The translations under genes and the position numbers were made by a program. A DNA stretch of 63,787 nucleotides, counting the filler, from Basidiobolus ranarum (Eukaryota): assembly GCA_040143965.1 (NCBI GenBank). It is 32 parts of 32 records of this genome, joined end to end, with 100 filler letters (N's around TTAATTAATTAA, not from the genome) between each part and the next. Parts side by side here need not be neighbours in the genome. Positions count along the whole stretch, not along the records: positions 37,995 to 39,889 come from JASJQH010011011.1; positions 39,990 to 41,883 come from JASJQH010011012.1; positions 41,984 to 43,877 come from JASJQH010011013.1; positions 43,978 to 45,870 come from JASJQH010011014.1; positions 45,971 to 47,863 come from JASJQH010011015.1; positions 47,964 to 49,855 come from JASJQH010011016.1; positions 49,956 to 51,846 come from JASJQH010011017.1; 25 more parts are not named here. The stretch is one strand, 5' to 3'. Of the stretch, positions 37,995 through 51,042 are shown piece after piece (positions within the stretch are counted from its first letter, which is position 1; each line of letters opens with the position of its first letter). Below the pieces are notes generated by a model. The model made no database searches. It worked only from the letters and a program-made list of their open reading frames with translations, and was not told the DNA's origin.

Positions 37995-38223
37995 AGACAT
38001 CACTTCGGCATGGATCGGAGGTACCTCAGCTAGCAAGAAGATCTCCGGTACCAGTATGGCCAGTCCTCATGTTGCTGGTGTTGCCGCATTGTACTTATCC
38101 CAAGGCGGCTTGAGCACACCTGCCCAGGTATACGCTGCGCTTGTCTCCAAGGCCACCAAGAATGTGATTACAGGATTGAAGGGCACTACTCCCAATCTTT
38201 TGGTTTTCAATTCTAATCAATAA
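37995..38223 (+). CDS. Subtilisin S8A (proteinase K-like) C-terminal part
   Basis: DITSAWIGG...ISGTSMASPHVAGVAALYL...TPNLLVFN stop. Confidence 0.95.
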
Positions 38224-39131
38224 GGTGTGGTAATACTCATGAAACTGTTGTGAATAAATAAGTAAGTTAAATAAATCCAAACAAGCAATATAATCTAGTT
38301 GGAAAGACGTGCTAATATTTGTGATGATGCCGATAAATCGATTGAGTCTATCAATAAAGCTCTGTAATTTTAACTTGCAGAGAGCACTAGCTCATTATCG
38401 GAGAGTTTGTCTGTATCATGTAGTAAATTCCTTGACGTTAGTAGCTTATTGCTCGTACTTCTAACCTGCTTATCAGATAGATCTTAGTAAAAGTGCGCAC
38501 AAAAGCATCAAAAATAATACATGGTTCAGGATATGATCAGACAAATTATATTGGATCTTCCCAAGTGATATTTTTACTTGCCAATAAGTAAACATAAAAG
38601 TCGATCCCGACGCTGCAAGGTGTAATCTCTGTTGGGTTTGATTTGTGGATTTACTACCTAGATCTAACGAAGAAGTGATCGTCAGCAACATCTCAATTTT
38701 TGCTTTACCATCGTGACCAGAGGTTTAACCAACCACCGGGATTTGTTAATATATCCGATTTCAGCCTACTATTCCGATTCATGTGATTCACATTTACATC
38801 CGCCACATCCTGAAACATGGAAGGGATCAACCAGGCAATCAGATATATCAATCACATCATGTTAAGTCTAAATGTTCTTGATCTTTTAAGGCATAAACCC
38901 GAATATCAGGGTTCTAAATACCAGGATTCCGAATTTTCTACTTGTAGCTATAGGAACTAAATGCTAAGGTGATTTCCAAAATAATCGTAATTTCAACATC
39001 TAATTCACCCGCTACTATTTACCAACGATGATCTAAATTGGATATTGCAATCTACAGAAACGTCTTACAGAGCTCAACCGGTTGGTACCGCACTATGAGA
39101 AAAGTAGTCACTGAATGTTGCGATGAAGACA

Positions 39132-39138
39132 TATAAAA
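39132..39138 (+). promoter_or_regulatory. TATA box of subtilisin gene
   Basis: TATAAAA about 75 bp upstream of ATG 39210. Confidence 0.55.
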
Positions 39139-39209
39139 GGGACAAGCCTAGAGAAGTATTACTCAACATTCAAATAATCTGAGTTTCGGATTAGCTTACT
39201 ACTTCTTCC

Positions 39210-39889
39210 ATGGTCAACGTTCGCATCTTCGCCTTAGGATCTCTTCTTGCTATCGTTTTAGCTGTGCCAATCACTGAGGGCCAGAGTGTTGACGTTTCTA
39301 ACCGCTATATCGTCAAGATCAAAGAAGGAGCTGACTCTAACAAAGGTAAAAGTGTGTTTTTATTTCGACAGATGTATGAGACACAGTGTTAACATGTACA
39401 TCTTCTGATCTTAGTCGACCAATTCTTAAAGACAAAACTTGACCAATATAACCGTGGCCGTAGTGGTAACAACTCCCTTAAAAATGAGCTAAAGAACAAG
39501 TTCGCCTTGGAGAACTTCAATGCTTATGCTGGTACACTCAGCCAAGCCCTTGTCAGTGAACTCAAGACCAATGGTGATGTCGAGTATGTTGAGGCTGAGC
39601 AAGTGTTCACCGTCTCTGGAGTTCAAAACAGCCCACCAAGCTGGGGTCTCCCTAGAGTCTCTCAGCGTGCATTGAATGCCAATGCGCCATACAACTATCC
39701 CGACTCAGCTGGTGAAGGAGTTGATGTGTACATCATCGACACCGGAATCAATGTCAAGCACTCTGATTTTGGAGGCAGAGCCACTCTTCCTGTCAGTTTC
39801 ATCAGTGGTGAGGCCACCGAGGATCTCAATGGTCACGGAACTCACGTCTCTGGAACAGTTGGAGGGGCCAGCTATGGTGTAGCCAAGAA
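39210..39889 (+). CDS. Secreted subtilisin S8A with I9 prodomain, 5' part (intron 39346-39414)
   Basis: Signal peptide, RYIVKIK, PSWGLPRVSQR, VYIIDTGI (Asp), NGHGTHVSGT (His). Confidence 0.95.
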
Positions 39890-40754
39890 NNNNNNNNNNN
39901 NNNNNNNNNNNNNNNNNNNNNNNNNNNNNNNNNTTAATTAATTAANNNNNNNNNNNNNNNNNNNNNNNNNNNNNNNNNNNNNNNNNNNNTAAAGGATTCA
40001 TACCACACTCATAAGGTGATAATTTTTGAGCATCTGGTTTATTTATACCTAAAATAAGATTAAGAGCTAAAAGTACTGTAACTAAAATTGGAGTAAAAAC
40101 AAGAAACACTGTAAAGGATAGTGTCTGCAGTTTGGTAATATTGATCAGGATTTTCTTGATTCATCATTTTTTGATCAGTAAATTATTCATTCAATCATGT
40201 AAGCTTCTAATTGGGTGAGAATGTCAACAGAGTGAGCCTTATTGAGCCTATACACCTGCACAAACTTTTTCTTGACAGACCATTTTCATTTACTTGTAGT
40301 GAAATAGCTTGTATTAATAGACTATCATTGATTTTTTCATATATGACAGTTTCACACTATCAGTGTTTCCTCAAGACATAAGCAATTGTGATCCAACTGA
40401 AGCAATTTATGCTTTTACAACTGAAATCCATTTTGCATGATGCACTAAACAGTAAAGACAGGATAATGTAAGTATTAACATAAACATTCAGCATTTCCCA
40501 GCTTTAGAGTGATACTTGCTGATCTTCTTGTGTTATTTTGGTTGTCTACTTGATATTTCCATGGAGAAAACTTTGCTTGAACTTCTGTGATGCGGTGCTC
40601 AGTTTGATCCTGCTGAAGTTCCTCTGCCTTCGACAACATGAGTTGTGACTTGAGATTATTGTGCTGTAGTATGTGTTTACTTGTCTAGTCTCATCTGCAG
40701 TTGATTCTCTCTACAGTCTCTTCTTCAGATGTGAAGCCTTCACTTATTGGGTCA

Positions 40755-41290
40755 ACCTGCCATTGCTGCTAGCATGCAGTACTATGCATTGCCCCAGAAT
40801 GTCTCATTTGAGGTTTGTACTTGATAGTTATTGATTATTCAACCACAATCAAGCCTTTATCTCTTTAGACTGGCCATGGCAACAGTTGCATGGCTGTATG
40901 TGTTGAAGTAGGATATCTACCTTGAGGTTTGGGTAAGGCAGCTCTTGCCACTTCAGCCACTGTAGAAGCTTCACCTCATTTGACTGGCCATGGCCATGGT
41001 CACATGGCAGTATGTTCTGAAGTCAGTTGTCTACCTTGAGGTTTGTGTTTGGTAGTATTGCTTCCTCAGCCACAGTGAAAGTTTCATCCCTTTCAACTGG
41101 GCATTGCTATGTTTGCATTGCAGTACCTGTTGGGGCAAGTTGTCCTCCTTGGGGTTCATGTTTGGCAGTTCTTGCCCCTTCAACCAAAGTAGAAGTTTCA
41201 TTTTCTTAAACTGGCCATGATCTCTGTAGCATGGCTCAGCACATTGGAATATATTGTCTACCTTGAGGTTTTTGTTTAACTGTGGTGGCT
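40755..41290. repeat. Degenerate tandem repeat, period about 114 bp
   Basis: TCTACCTTGAGGTTT-like motif near 40803, 40916, 41030, 41257; CTGGCCATG-like motif near 40870, 40985, 41097, 41211. Confidence 0.65.
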
Positions 41291-41374
41291 TCTTCAAGCT
41301 TGGCAAGTGCTTCACTATATCTCTCAAACACCCATTGTCTTGCTCTCATCAGGTTATGCATTGTAATGGATTGT

Positions 41375-41883
41375 TGTCATGGTTCTGATCTTGGCATACT
41401 CATCCACTTCAAATAGAACTCTTCTATAATTAGCTTATGACATCATATCTGCTGCGCCATCCCTTCTTGGCAATCTTGTTTTGGTTCATCCAGGTTACCT
41501 TAAAGGGGAGTTGTGTTCTTTGGAACATTCCATGAAACCTAACCAATAATGTCATCCCACACATAGTGTATTTCCACCAAGACCTTCCATGGAAGGTCAC
41601 CTGATTATCCTACATCATCCTTACATCATTCCTCTTTGTATTGGTCCTTGTAGCCCCTAACACCCCATCACTTGAACTTGCCACAGTACATTCTCTATTC
41701 AGTATATTATGTTTCACATTGCAATATCAATATAAGCCCCATGTATTCCTTGATCAGATCTCAGTCTGATCAATGCCAGTTATCAATAAAAGTTCTTGCC
41801 AAAGTATCTTCCTTGTCCAGTCTTGTCTTGTCTTGTGGTCTACACCCAAGTACTCTCCTGCCTTCTAGCCTCTTGTTGTTGTT
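41375..41883 (+). mobile_element. Gypsy LTR, nearly complete
   Basis: TGTCATGGTTCTGATCTTGGCATAC start; aligns with 21250, 5568 and 32006 copies. Confidence 0.85.
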
Positions 41884-42849
41884 NNNNNNNNNNNNNNNNN
41901 NNNNNNNNNNNNNNNNNNNNNNNNNNNTTAATTAATTAANNNNNNNNNNNNNNNNNNNNNNNNNNNNNNNNNNNNNNNNNNNNAGGATCCTGATAATCAG
42001 ATGAATTCCAATTTTATGAAAATACCAAGATTGAATTAGCACTAATTGATAACTTCAGTTTCATGATCATCAGATATGCTGCCAACTTGCTGCAATGCTT
42101 AGGAATGTATAGATTACAAATACTATAGACTCAGTCATTGCTTTTGCAGTGGGTCATTCTATGGTGTTAGCATGACTTTGGTCTGGAGAATGTTAAATTG
42201 ATTGATAGCAATGAGCTATCATTTAATAAAGTCATCATAAATATATCATAAACAAAATAGTAGTAGCATGTAAAGACTGAAATCAATTGCCACATATAAC
42301 TATTTGATTATTACCAGAGTTAAGCCAAGTCCTTTCCCAAGTTGTATTAACTGGAAGATGAGTATTTTGATGACATTACCTGTTCATTGGCCTCTGTTAG
42401 GGTGGTATAGTAATTAAAGTGAAATGACAATATGAAGTGTATTTTTTAGCTTATGTGAGGAAGTGACATAGCATGCAAGCAACACCTGATGGCAAATTCT
42501 AGTCAAGAGCTGTTGGAAAGACAAAAGCATAGAAGAGACAACACCTTACCTTCAGATATTGTGTGCTTGAATAACACATATCTATTATGGCAAAGCAAAA
42601 CACACAAAATTAGAATTAATGTCCTGCAATCTAGCTGCTGCAAAGGCAGGTATCCTGCATTGCAAGGAAATATATCTAAAAGTGGCATATCACCCCTGTC
42701 TCTAAACACTTCTAACTCTTTCACTTATAAGCTAGCATTGAAGCAATGCTACTTGTACCTTGTTTCTAATTCTTCTTGTATTTTTCATTCATTGTGCAAT
42801 TTCCCTTTCCTGTTAATATAAGTCAGGGCACTAAACAGACTATGCTCAT

Positions 42850-43877
42850 ATCATTGATTTGAACTCCCTGTGCAGCACTCAGTCCTATAGAAGTTACATA
42901 GTTGCCACCGGTTAGTATTACTTTACCTTTCTTTTTTCTTCATTGTCCCTTGATAAAATGAGACCTATTTATGAACAATATATTGCAGCTTAGGAGAATT
43001 AGAATGTCACATTATATGATAAAACTTGAACCTTGTTTATTTTGTATCTCTCATTTCTTATCACTGCAGTTTTTGTTGGTAGATCTTAATATGATAAATG
43101 TTATTAAATGTTAGTTCTGAAAGAGTTATATAAGCTTAACATGTAGCAAATTCTATATCTCCTGTGTCTTGAGACTCTACTTCAAGCCATTTTTTGGTAT
43201 TTTGAGTAACACATGTTTATAACATATACAGAGTTCAATTGCTGGAACTTCTCAAAACCAAACCCCTTCTTAATCATATATAGCCTTAAATCAATCATCA
43301 GTCTTAGATTTTGGAAACCCTGCATCTGGATTTTTGCATGTTTCTCATATATTTGCATCCAATGTATGGGTAATTCACATTACTTTAGAAGCAATGGGTT
43401 GGCCCTCCCATTTTTCTCACTTCTTGGTAAATGTATTTATGGCTTAGGCTTATTCTGGAATTAGCCTGACATTATATGATATGCTTATTTATATGTTGGA
43501 ACACTTAGCATTCTATGGTTGCAGCTTCTGGCCATTTCAAATAAGTGGAGTCTATGCTTCATAACTTGTGTCAAACTGGTAAGACTAAATCCTATACTAA
43601 GAGAGCTTCTAGCTTCTTTAGTTTCCCCACATGGTTGAATTATACACTTATCAAGCTTTGGTAGTAACTAGACTGAGCTATTGCTTATTTCATATCTCCC
43701 CTGTGAAGATAGTGTGCCTCCTCTAAACTTGAATCCTGGATAGCTCTTGTTATATGTATATGATTTTTTGGTAGTAAGATTCTAGCACAATATAAAGGTG
43801 TGGCACTACAATCAGCTGATACACATTGGGGTAGCACAGTTAATAGGTTTGTGTATCTGATAGAAGCAAAGGGGTTG
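42850..43877 (-). mobile_element. Highly degenerate Gypsy-type integrase region
   Basis: Remnant YLKWPEAATI; CpG-free and stop-ridden. Confidence 0.55.
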
Positions 43878-44574
43878 NNNNNNNNNNNNNNNNNNNNNNN
43901 NNNNNNNNNNNNNNNNNNNNNTTAATTAATTAANNNNNNNNNNNNNNNNNNNNNNNNNNNNNNNNNNNNNNNNNNNNAGAGGGTTGTTCAACAGTGGGCA
44001 AAGTAGCCATTTTGGAAGTTGATGGTCTTGACAGTGTGTTGGTTGAGCTTTGCTCAACTATTGATTTACTATGTATTTGGGGTATTACTATCTATTCACT
44101 AGCACTATCACTGGAGAGCAACACATCTGGCAAATTGATTAATGATTCATTGTTACTATAGTAAGTTTCTGGCATGTAAATGCCTTCCAAAGAAGATAAT
44201 GGATTGCTGGACTGATCATCAATTAAATCCTCTGTTATTGCTGTTTTTTTATATTTGTGCCAGCAGGCTGTTGCTTGGAAGCTGATTTAGATTTAGATTT
44301 TGAATGTGTTTGAATGGCATCAAAATTTTCAGGTGGTAAACTTGGTGTAATGAAATTACTTAGAGCAGCTTATAACAAACCAAAATTGCCATCTATTACC
44401 AGAAATATCTTGCAAATCCCCTGATGACTCATCTTTGACATTGTCTCAGAGTCAGCTGATGATATTAATGGGCTATACCTAAAATAAACCCCTTATGTAG
44501 GAAATGTTCTTTTTTCCACAATATCCTTCTCATGCCCAAAATTGACTTTGGTTTTACCCACTGAGTCTGCTGAC

Positions 44575-45623
44575 TGTACTTTGCCTCAAAGTTTTGGTAA
44601 CATTGCCAAGAGTAAAGATACCATGGAGTGACCACAGTTATATGACCAAAATGAAGTAGATAGAAATGCAACTTTGGTCAAACTAGTATGTCTAGGTAAA
44701 TTTGAGGACATGCTTCTGGCTGTTGATCTTTGTTATTCCAGTACAGATGGTAGTATATCAGAATTTGAAGATGAAGATGACAACTTTGTTGTGGACTCTT
44801 TATTACTGGCAAGCATCAGTCCACTCATAACTCTGGCAATAAAGGAAGCAGCTCTGAATATTGAGGAGTGAAGAGTTCAATCCAGTCTTAGCAACAAGGA
44901 GTTTATTGGTTTTCTTACACTTTTACCATATTTTATTGACAACTATTGCTTGCCACAGACCTGGTACAAGTGAAAAACACTTGGCAATTGTATGACTTAT
45001 AATCCTTCAGTAGTTGAACTACCTTCCTATCCAAATGGTTGCTTGTCTTTCACCAGTGATCTGAAAAACCTGAAGTCATATATTGCTTGCACACAACTGG
45101 TAATCACTGAATCAGGTTAATATTGGTCATATTTGGCATACATACCAATGATTCCCCATCTTAAAGTTTTGATGAAATCGCTCAAATATAGATCATTGAT
45201 CCAAAACTAAAGTACTCACCATTTAAGCTGATGTTATTACCAATATACCTGATGGATATCACAAAAATAATCTGAAAAGTCAAGGTTTCTTTGAGAACAC
45301 ATATGATCATGAATTTGCATTGCCTCTAGTTATCTAATGGAGCTGAAAAGGGTGAATATTTATTAAGGCTATTATCAATAAACATAGTGGTGACACTCCT
45401 GCCATCAATAAACTTAGTAGTTTTTGCTGGCAAAATGCACTATCTTGGTATAGATTTTGTCAAATCATTGGAGTTTACTCTATCAGGCATACACATTACT
45501 AATTTCCAAATACAAAACTAAACCCCATGATTTTACAGTCAAGAGCCCAGTCAGACTCCAACATGATCACTAATATCAATTCCTCACATAATCAATTTTA
45601 CATCAAATTTTGTATTTAGCATA
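44575..45623 (+). mobile_element. Degenerate CACTA/EnSpm transposase copy
   Basis: Collinear with 47964-49170 apart from an internal deletion. Confidence 0.8.
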
Positions 45624-45870
45624 CCCTAACAGAAATTTGAGGATTGTTATCGTAGGAAACCCATCACAATTTTAATCCATTTGGGATTGACCGTTTACTT
45701 ACCATCATAAAATTATCAAGTTAGATTTGATTTTAATCAATTTTTTCAGTTTCAGGACTGAAATTTCAAGATCTCGCAAAATAGTTGCAAATGATTGGCT
45801 AAAATCTCAGAGAACTATGGATCAACACATGTGCAAAAAATGTAACTCAAATTTTACACAATTACCACTT
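45624..45870 (-). mobile_element. CCCTAAC element right end inserted into CACTA transposase
   Basis: CCCTAACAGAAATTTGAGG after ...GCATA; empty-site homolog at about 49146-49175. Confidence 0.88.
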
Positions 45871-45970
45871 NNNNNNNNNNNNNNNNNNNNNNNNNNNNNN
45901 NNNNNNNNNNNNNNTTAATTAATTAANNNNNNNNNNNNNNNNNNNNNNNNNNNNNNNNNNNNNNNNNNNN

Positions 45971-46346
45971 TCCTCGTGGCTTCGATGACAAGTCAGCTGG
46001 CTATGCCACGATTGCTTTGATCTACTTGTTTGTTGCATTCTTCGCCTGTACCTGGGGACCTATTGGTTGGATTTACCCATCAGAAATTTACTCTACTCGT
46101 GTCCGTGCCAAGTGCATGAGTATTACCACTGCTTCTAACTGGGCCTTCAACTTCATCATTGCTCTTGTCGTTCCACCTTTGATCAACTCCATTAGCTGGG
46201 GATTGTATATCATCTTTGGAGCATGCGGTGTCCTTATGTTCATCTTTGTGTACTTTTTTGTACCTGAGACTAAAGGAAAGAGTTTGGAACAAATTGACCA
46301 CATGTTTGGAGGTCGTAGTAATATTGAAGAGAAGACCAAAGTTTAG
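45971..46346 (+). CDS. MFS sugar porter (hexose transporter) C-terminal part
   Basis: FACTWGPIGWIYPSEIY..RVRAK, SNWAFNF, FFVPETKGKSLEQID. Confidence 0.95.
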
Positions 46347-47779
46347 AATGACTAGACTATTTGGCTAACATTTATAACAACTCTTGTAACTACAAATGTA
46401 TATATTTACTTATTCCAATATTAATAAATCATATCTTATCGAAATATTCAAGCTGTTGACTTTCAGATTTACCAAGGTCATTGTTGCCTAAATGTATCAG
46501 ATAATATTTATTACATAATGTGAACCTGAATAACAATCGACAAAATTCCTTGTGCCCCTTATAGTTGAGATCCCTTCAATCCAGACAAATCAATAAAGTC
46601 CTAAAATAATTTAAAATCTGGACCAACATGTTACAACTCAAGCTATTACCAGCATAATGTTAAGTACAAAACTTATGATAAATGTCCAGTTTCAAAAAGT
46701 TAGTTAATAGTTAGATAATGGTCTAGTGATATCGACGATAAACCACGATACACACTTGGTTGCGAAAATAAGTATCTCTTAAAAAAATAGTACCTTTGAA
46801 AATTCAAGGTATCAGTTTGTTAATGGTTACCATATTTTTAAATACTATAGTTTTCTCGAAGACAAATCTCAAGGAATATTTTGTATTAATGCCTACTAAA
46901 TCCAGAAACCTCTTTAGGTGCCAAGAGTATCCTTTATAGAGTAATTTGTGCCAAATTGGATCAATTAAAGCATCCAGAACTGTACAAATCAATACATATA
47001 CTGAGTTTATTTGCGTTAAAATGGAATAATTGTCGCGAACCAATCTATTGGTACGAGCTGTGTCGTTTGCCATACTGTTGTCGATTACAAATTCTAGTTG
47101 GCGAGAAACTAAAATCACTCAACCGAATACAATGGAGATGTGTCTTGCATATCATTTGAAATTAAGAACTACTGGTCCATTTGCAGTCACTTACTTAAGT
47201 TGGACTCAATGTTGATATTTACATACAAATTATACGCACATTGGAATCGTCTATATATCAAACACGTACATAAACTTGGGAATAATGTGTTGGAGAGTGT
47301 AACGCCACGTTAATCGTTGACTATTAGTGTGGGTATTAAGTCCCAGATTGGTAACAGTGTAAGAGCCTGCGATGGAGTTTCATAAAGCCATGTCCCAAAA
47401 GACAATGCGGGGTAGCTTGACTTCGCGCGTGGCTGGTCTGAGTGATACCAACGGAGTTATTACCATTATGGGTTGGTCGGTGCATCCATCTATGTACTAC
47501 GGTTGATATTCCTTATTTGATCCGGATTATTTCCATTTTAATTAAACGAATATTCTTAACCATTGAAAAAATGGAAATTTCCAATTCTAGACCAACAAAA
47601 TCATATTGGATTGGAATTGTGTCGAAATACCAAACCAGGCAAGTCATCTGAGAGGGATTGTGCACATTACATAAACAATATTAAGCCTCAGGCCACTGTC
47701 TAGCCCTCTCAAAAATATGTAATAAAAGAACGCGGTGAATGCCTGATGATGTTCATAAAACATTTACAATTATCATACT

Positions 47780-47863
47780 ATGGGTGTATTAGTATATCTT
47801 GCTGCTTCAGCTGCTGCTATCGGAGGTTTCCTCTTTGGTTACGATGTGGGAGTTATCAGTGGT
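47780..47863 (+). CDS. MFS sugar porter N-terminal part
   Basis: MGVLVYLAASAAAIGGFLFGYDVGVISG. Confidence 0.9.
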
Positions 47864-47963
47864 NNNNNNNNNNNNNNNNNNNNNNNNNNNNNNNNNNNNN
47901 NNNNNNNTTAATTAATTAANNNNNNNNNNNNNNNNNNNNNNNNNNNNNNNNNNNNNNNNNNNN

Positions 47964-49741
47964 GCCAAAAGTCAAGATACCGTGGAGTTACCACAGTTAT
48001 ATGACCAGAATGATGTAGGTTAAAATGCAACTCTGGTCAAACCAGTAAGTCCAGACAACTTTGAAGACTTGCTGCTAGATGTTGACATTGGTTATTCCAG
48101 TACCAATGGTAATATCAGAAGTTGAAGAAGAAGACAATGGTTTTGTTATGGACTCTTTGTTATTGGCAAATATTAGTCCACTCATGACACTTACTGTAAA
48201 GGAAGCAGCTTTGATTATTGAGAAGTGGAGAGTTCAATCCAATCTTAGCCACTGGGTGTTTATTGGTTTTCTTACACTTTTACCACAGTTAATTGCCAAC
48301 TGTTGCTTGTCACAGACCTGGTACAAGTGGAAAACACTTGTCAATTGTATGACTTACAATCCTTCAGTAATTAAACTACCTTCATGTCCAAATGGTTGCT
48401 TGGCTTTCACCAGGGATCTGAAAAACCTGAAGTCATGTACTGTTTGCTCACAATTGGCAATCACTGAATCAGGTAAATATCAATCATATTTGGCTTACAT
48501 ACCATTGATTCCTCATCTTAAAGTTTTGATGAAATCACCCAAATATAGATCATTGATCCGATACCAAAGTACTCACTGTAAAGCTGAGGGTATTACTAAT
48601 ATACTTGATGGATATCACTACCAGAATCTGAAAAGTCAAGGTTTTGTTGAGAACACATATGATCATGCATTTGCATTGGCTCTGGATGGTTTCTCACTAA
48701 ACAAATATACCATTGGAAAGGCTTGCTGGCCAATAATTTGAATGAACTTAAATCTTCCTTCTTCTGAGTGGTATAAGAGTCATAAAGTTTTGATATTATC
48801 CATCATATCTGGACCTAAATCACCAGTGCTTATAGTTAGCATCTTGTAGCCTTTGATTGTGGAATTTAAATGGTTATCTAATGGGGTTCAGATGGGTGAA
48901 TATTTTTTTAAAGCCAATATCATTTTATGTATTGGTGACTCTCCTGCCATCAGTAAACTTGGAGGTTTTTGTGGGCACAATGCACTATCTTGCTGTAGAT
49001 TTTGTCCAATCCATGAAGTTTACTCTAGCAGGCATATGCATTACTACTATTCAAATACAACATTAAACTTCATGATTTTACCATCAAGAACCCGGTCAGA
49101 TTTCAACATGATCACTGATATCAATTCATGAAATAGTTGATCAAACATCAAACTTAGTATTAGCCATAAGCCTAAGATTATATTGCTAAAGGGGAGCAGC
49201 TGGGGCTAGAGCTTCCCATTAGGCACTATACACTTACTGTTCAACAACGTTCTGATACTATTTACTCATATATATAGTGGAAAATTCAATATGAATGAGC
49301 CATTTGAGATAGAATCAAAGTTTGAATTGATTGGGAAAATGCTCGAAGGTGTCAAGACATCATCATATTTTACCAGGACTCCCATCAATATCCACTTATC
49401 TAAGCGTTTATTCAAATGCAAAGACTGGAAGTATTGGATTTGTATATATTCAAGTGGAATATTGAACAGATTTCTGCTTGATATATATTGGCAACATTGG
49501 GAGTTGTTTGTGGATATTGTTAATATATTCTTTTGGCATCAACTCACATTGGCAGATCTCAGCTAGATACAGCAACTGTGTGAAGATTTTGTAATTGGAT
49601 ATGAAACACTTTATTACAGGTTTAAAGAAGATAGACAGAATCTTTGCCAGTATTCAATACATTCCCTGCTGCATCTTTCACAATGCTTAGAGATTATAGG
49701 CCCTTGCTAACATTCTGGGAGTTCCCAATGGAGCTCACCTG
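47964..49741 (+). mobile_element. CACTA/EnSpm (Tnp2 / Transposase_21-like) transposase, few stops
   Basis: CPNGCLAF...C..C, YIPLIPHLK, LALDGF, WPI...NLNLP, GPKSP, GDSPAISKLGGFCGHNALSCCRFC, FKCKDWKYW, HSLLHL. Confidence 0.88.
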
Positions 49742-49955
49742 CAGAGATGCTAAAACGACCATTTCTAAAAGTTCTGAATCCAAAATACCTAGCAGGGTGT
49801 GATGATTATCATGTTTAGCACCGGTTAGTTAACTTTTGTTTTGGGGCGGTTGAAANNNNNNNNNNNNNNNNNNNNNNNNNNNNNNNNNNNNNNNNNNNNT
49901 TAATTAATTAANNNNNNNNNNNNNNNNNNNNNNNNNNNNNNNNNNNNNNNNNNNN

Positions 49956-50253
49956 CAACACCTTCATCTTCGTCAATTAGAAGATTTTCTAGAGTTTGAA
50001 CTATTTGAGCTACATCCATATTTTCATCAACCTCTTCACCCAAAGCACGGGCGAGATCTAACAAGATTGCTTTGTCAACTTCGTCGATTTCCTCATTGTC
50101 TCTGACGAGATTTAAAAGTTCGCTCGGACTGACAAATTTGTCTAGTTTTTCGTTTTCTTGCTCCTCGTAACTTTCGTTGTTGTCCTGGACGTAATCAAGA
50201 TCATCCTGTTCGTCATAGCTAGAATCTAAAATGTCTAAGGTGCTTGAAGCCAT
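49956..50253 (-). CDS. Acidic N-terminus of unknown protein, divergent from IDH
   Basis: Open frame from ATG to contig edge, CpG retained, D/E-rich. Confidence 0.6.
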
Positions 50254-51042
50254 TTTGTTGGGACACAAGGAATATTTGGGTAGAGTTATGTTTGGTGAGA
50301 ATAATATTTTCAGTAGGGTTTGAATGTTTACCATCTGAAAATCGAGTAAACAAATCACTCAGCAATTTTTTGGGATTTTTGCATGTTTCACGATTCTGGA
50401 AAGTTAACCAGATCTGAGTTTACTTGCTTAGTAATATGCGCAGGAAAAGGAAGATGATTTAAGCACCGATTTGATTTGCGTCGCCAGAAGAAGCGGACCA
50501 AGCCCCATCTTACCGTAACATCTTTACCTTCAACAGCACCTACGCATCCCATGATAAGATTCATAACCAGTTAATCTCGCCATCTGTCCATCTCGTATCG
50601 ATATCACAATATCTATCTGAAAGGTGTGTTTAGCGGCCTAAGCACGAACATAATAGGTTCAAATCTGATGACTCTTAATCTCTTTGTTACTCAGATAACC
50701 TGCCAACTTTTGCATAAAGATGACTCACGTTTTCGTTTACCATAAGTGACCAAATGATGGAAAATCTACCTAGTCATCTGACACTATACTCGATTTCGAT
50801 ATTAATGAAGTGTTAACCGCTTATTCTACGTAAAATTACAGGGAAAGAAGGCAGATTGATGCTATTCAGGGTTTTTTAAAAGGGGAAACTGGAAGTTAAA
50901 CACTTCCATATTTGGTGTTGTCTTCGGTTGAATCAGGTTTAGCATCATTATATAAGATGGCGTATAACCGTAGTTCGGTGATAATTTAAGCTTGCTTGTT
51001 CCTCTTGGTTTGATATCCTAGACCAAGTTTATTTATTTTACT

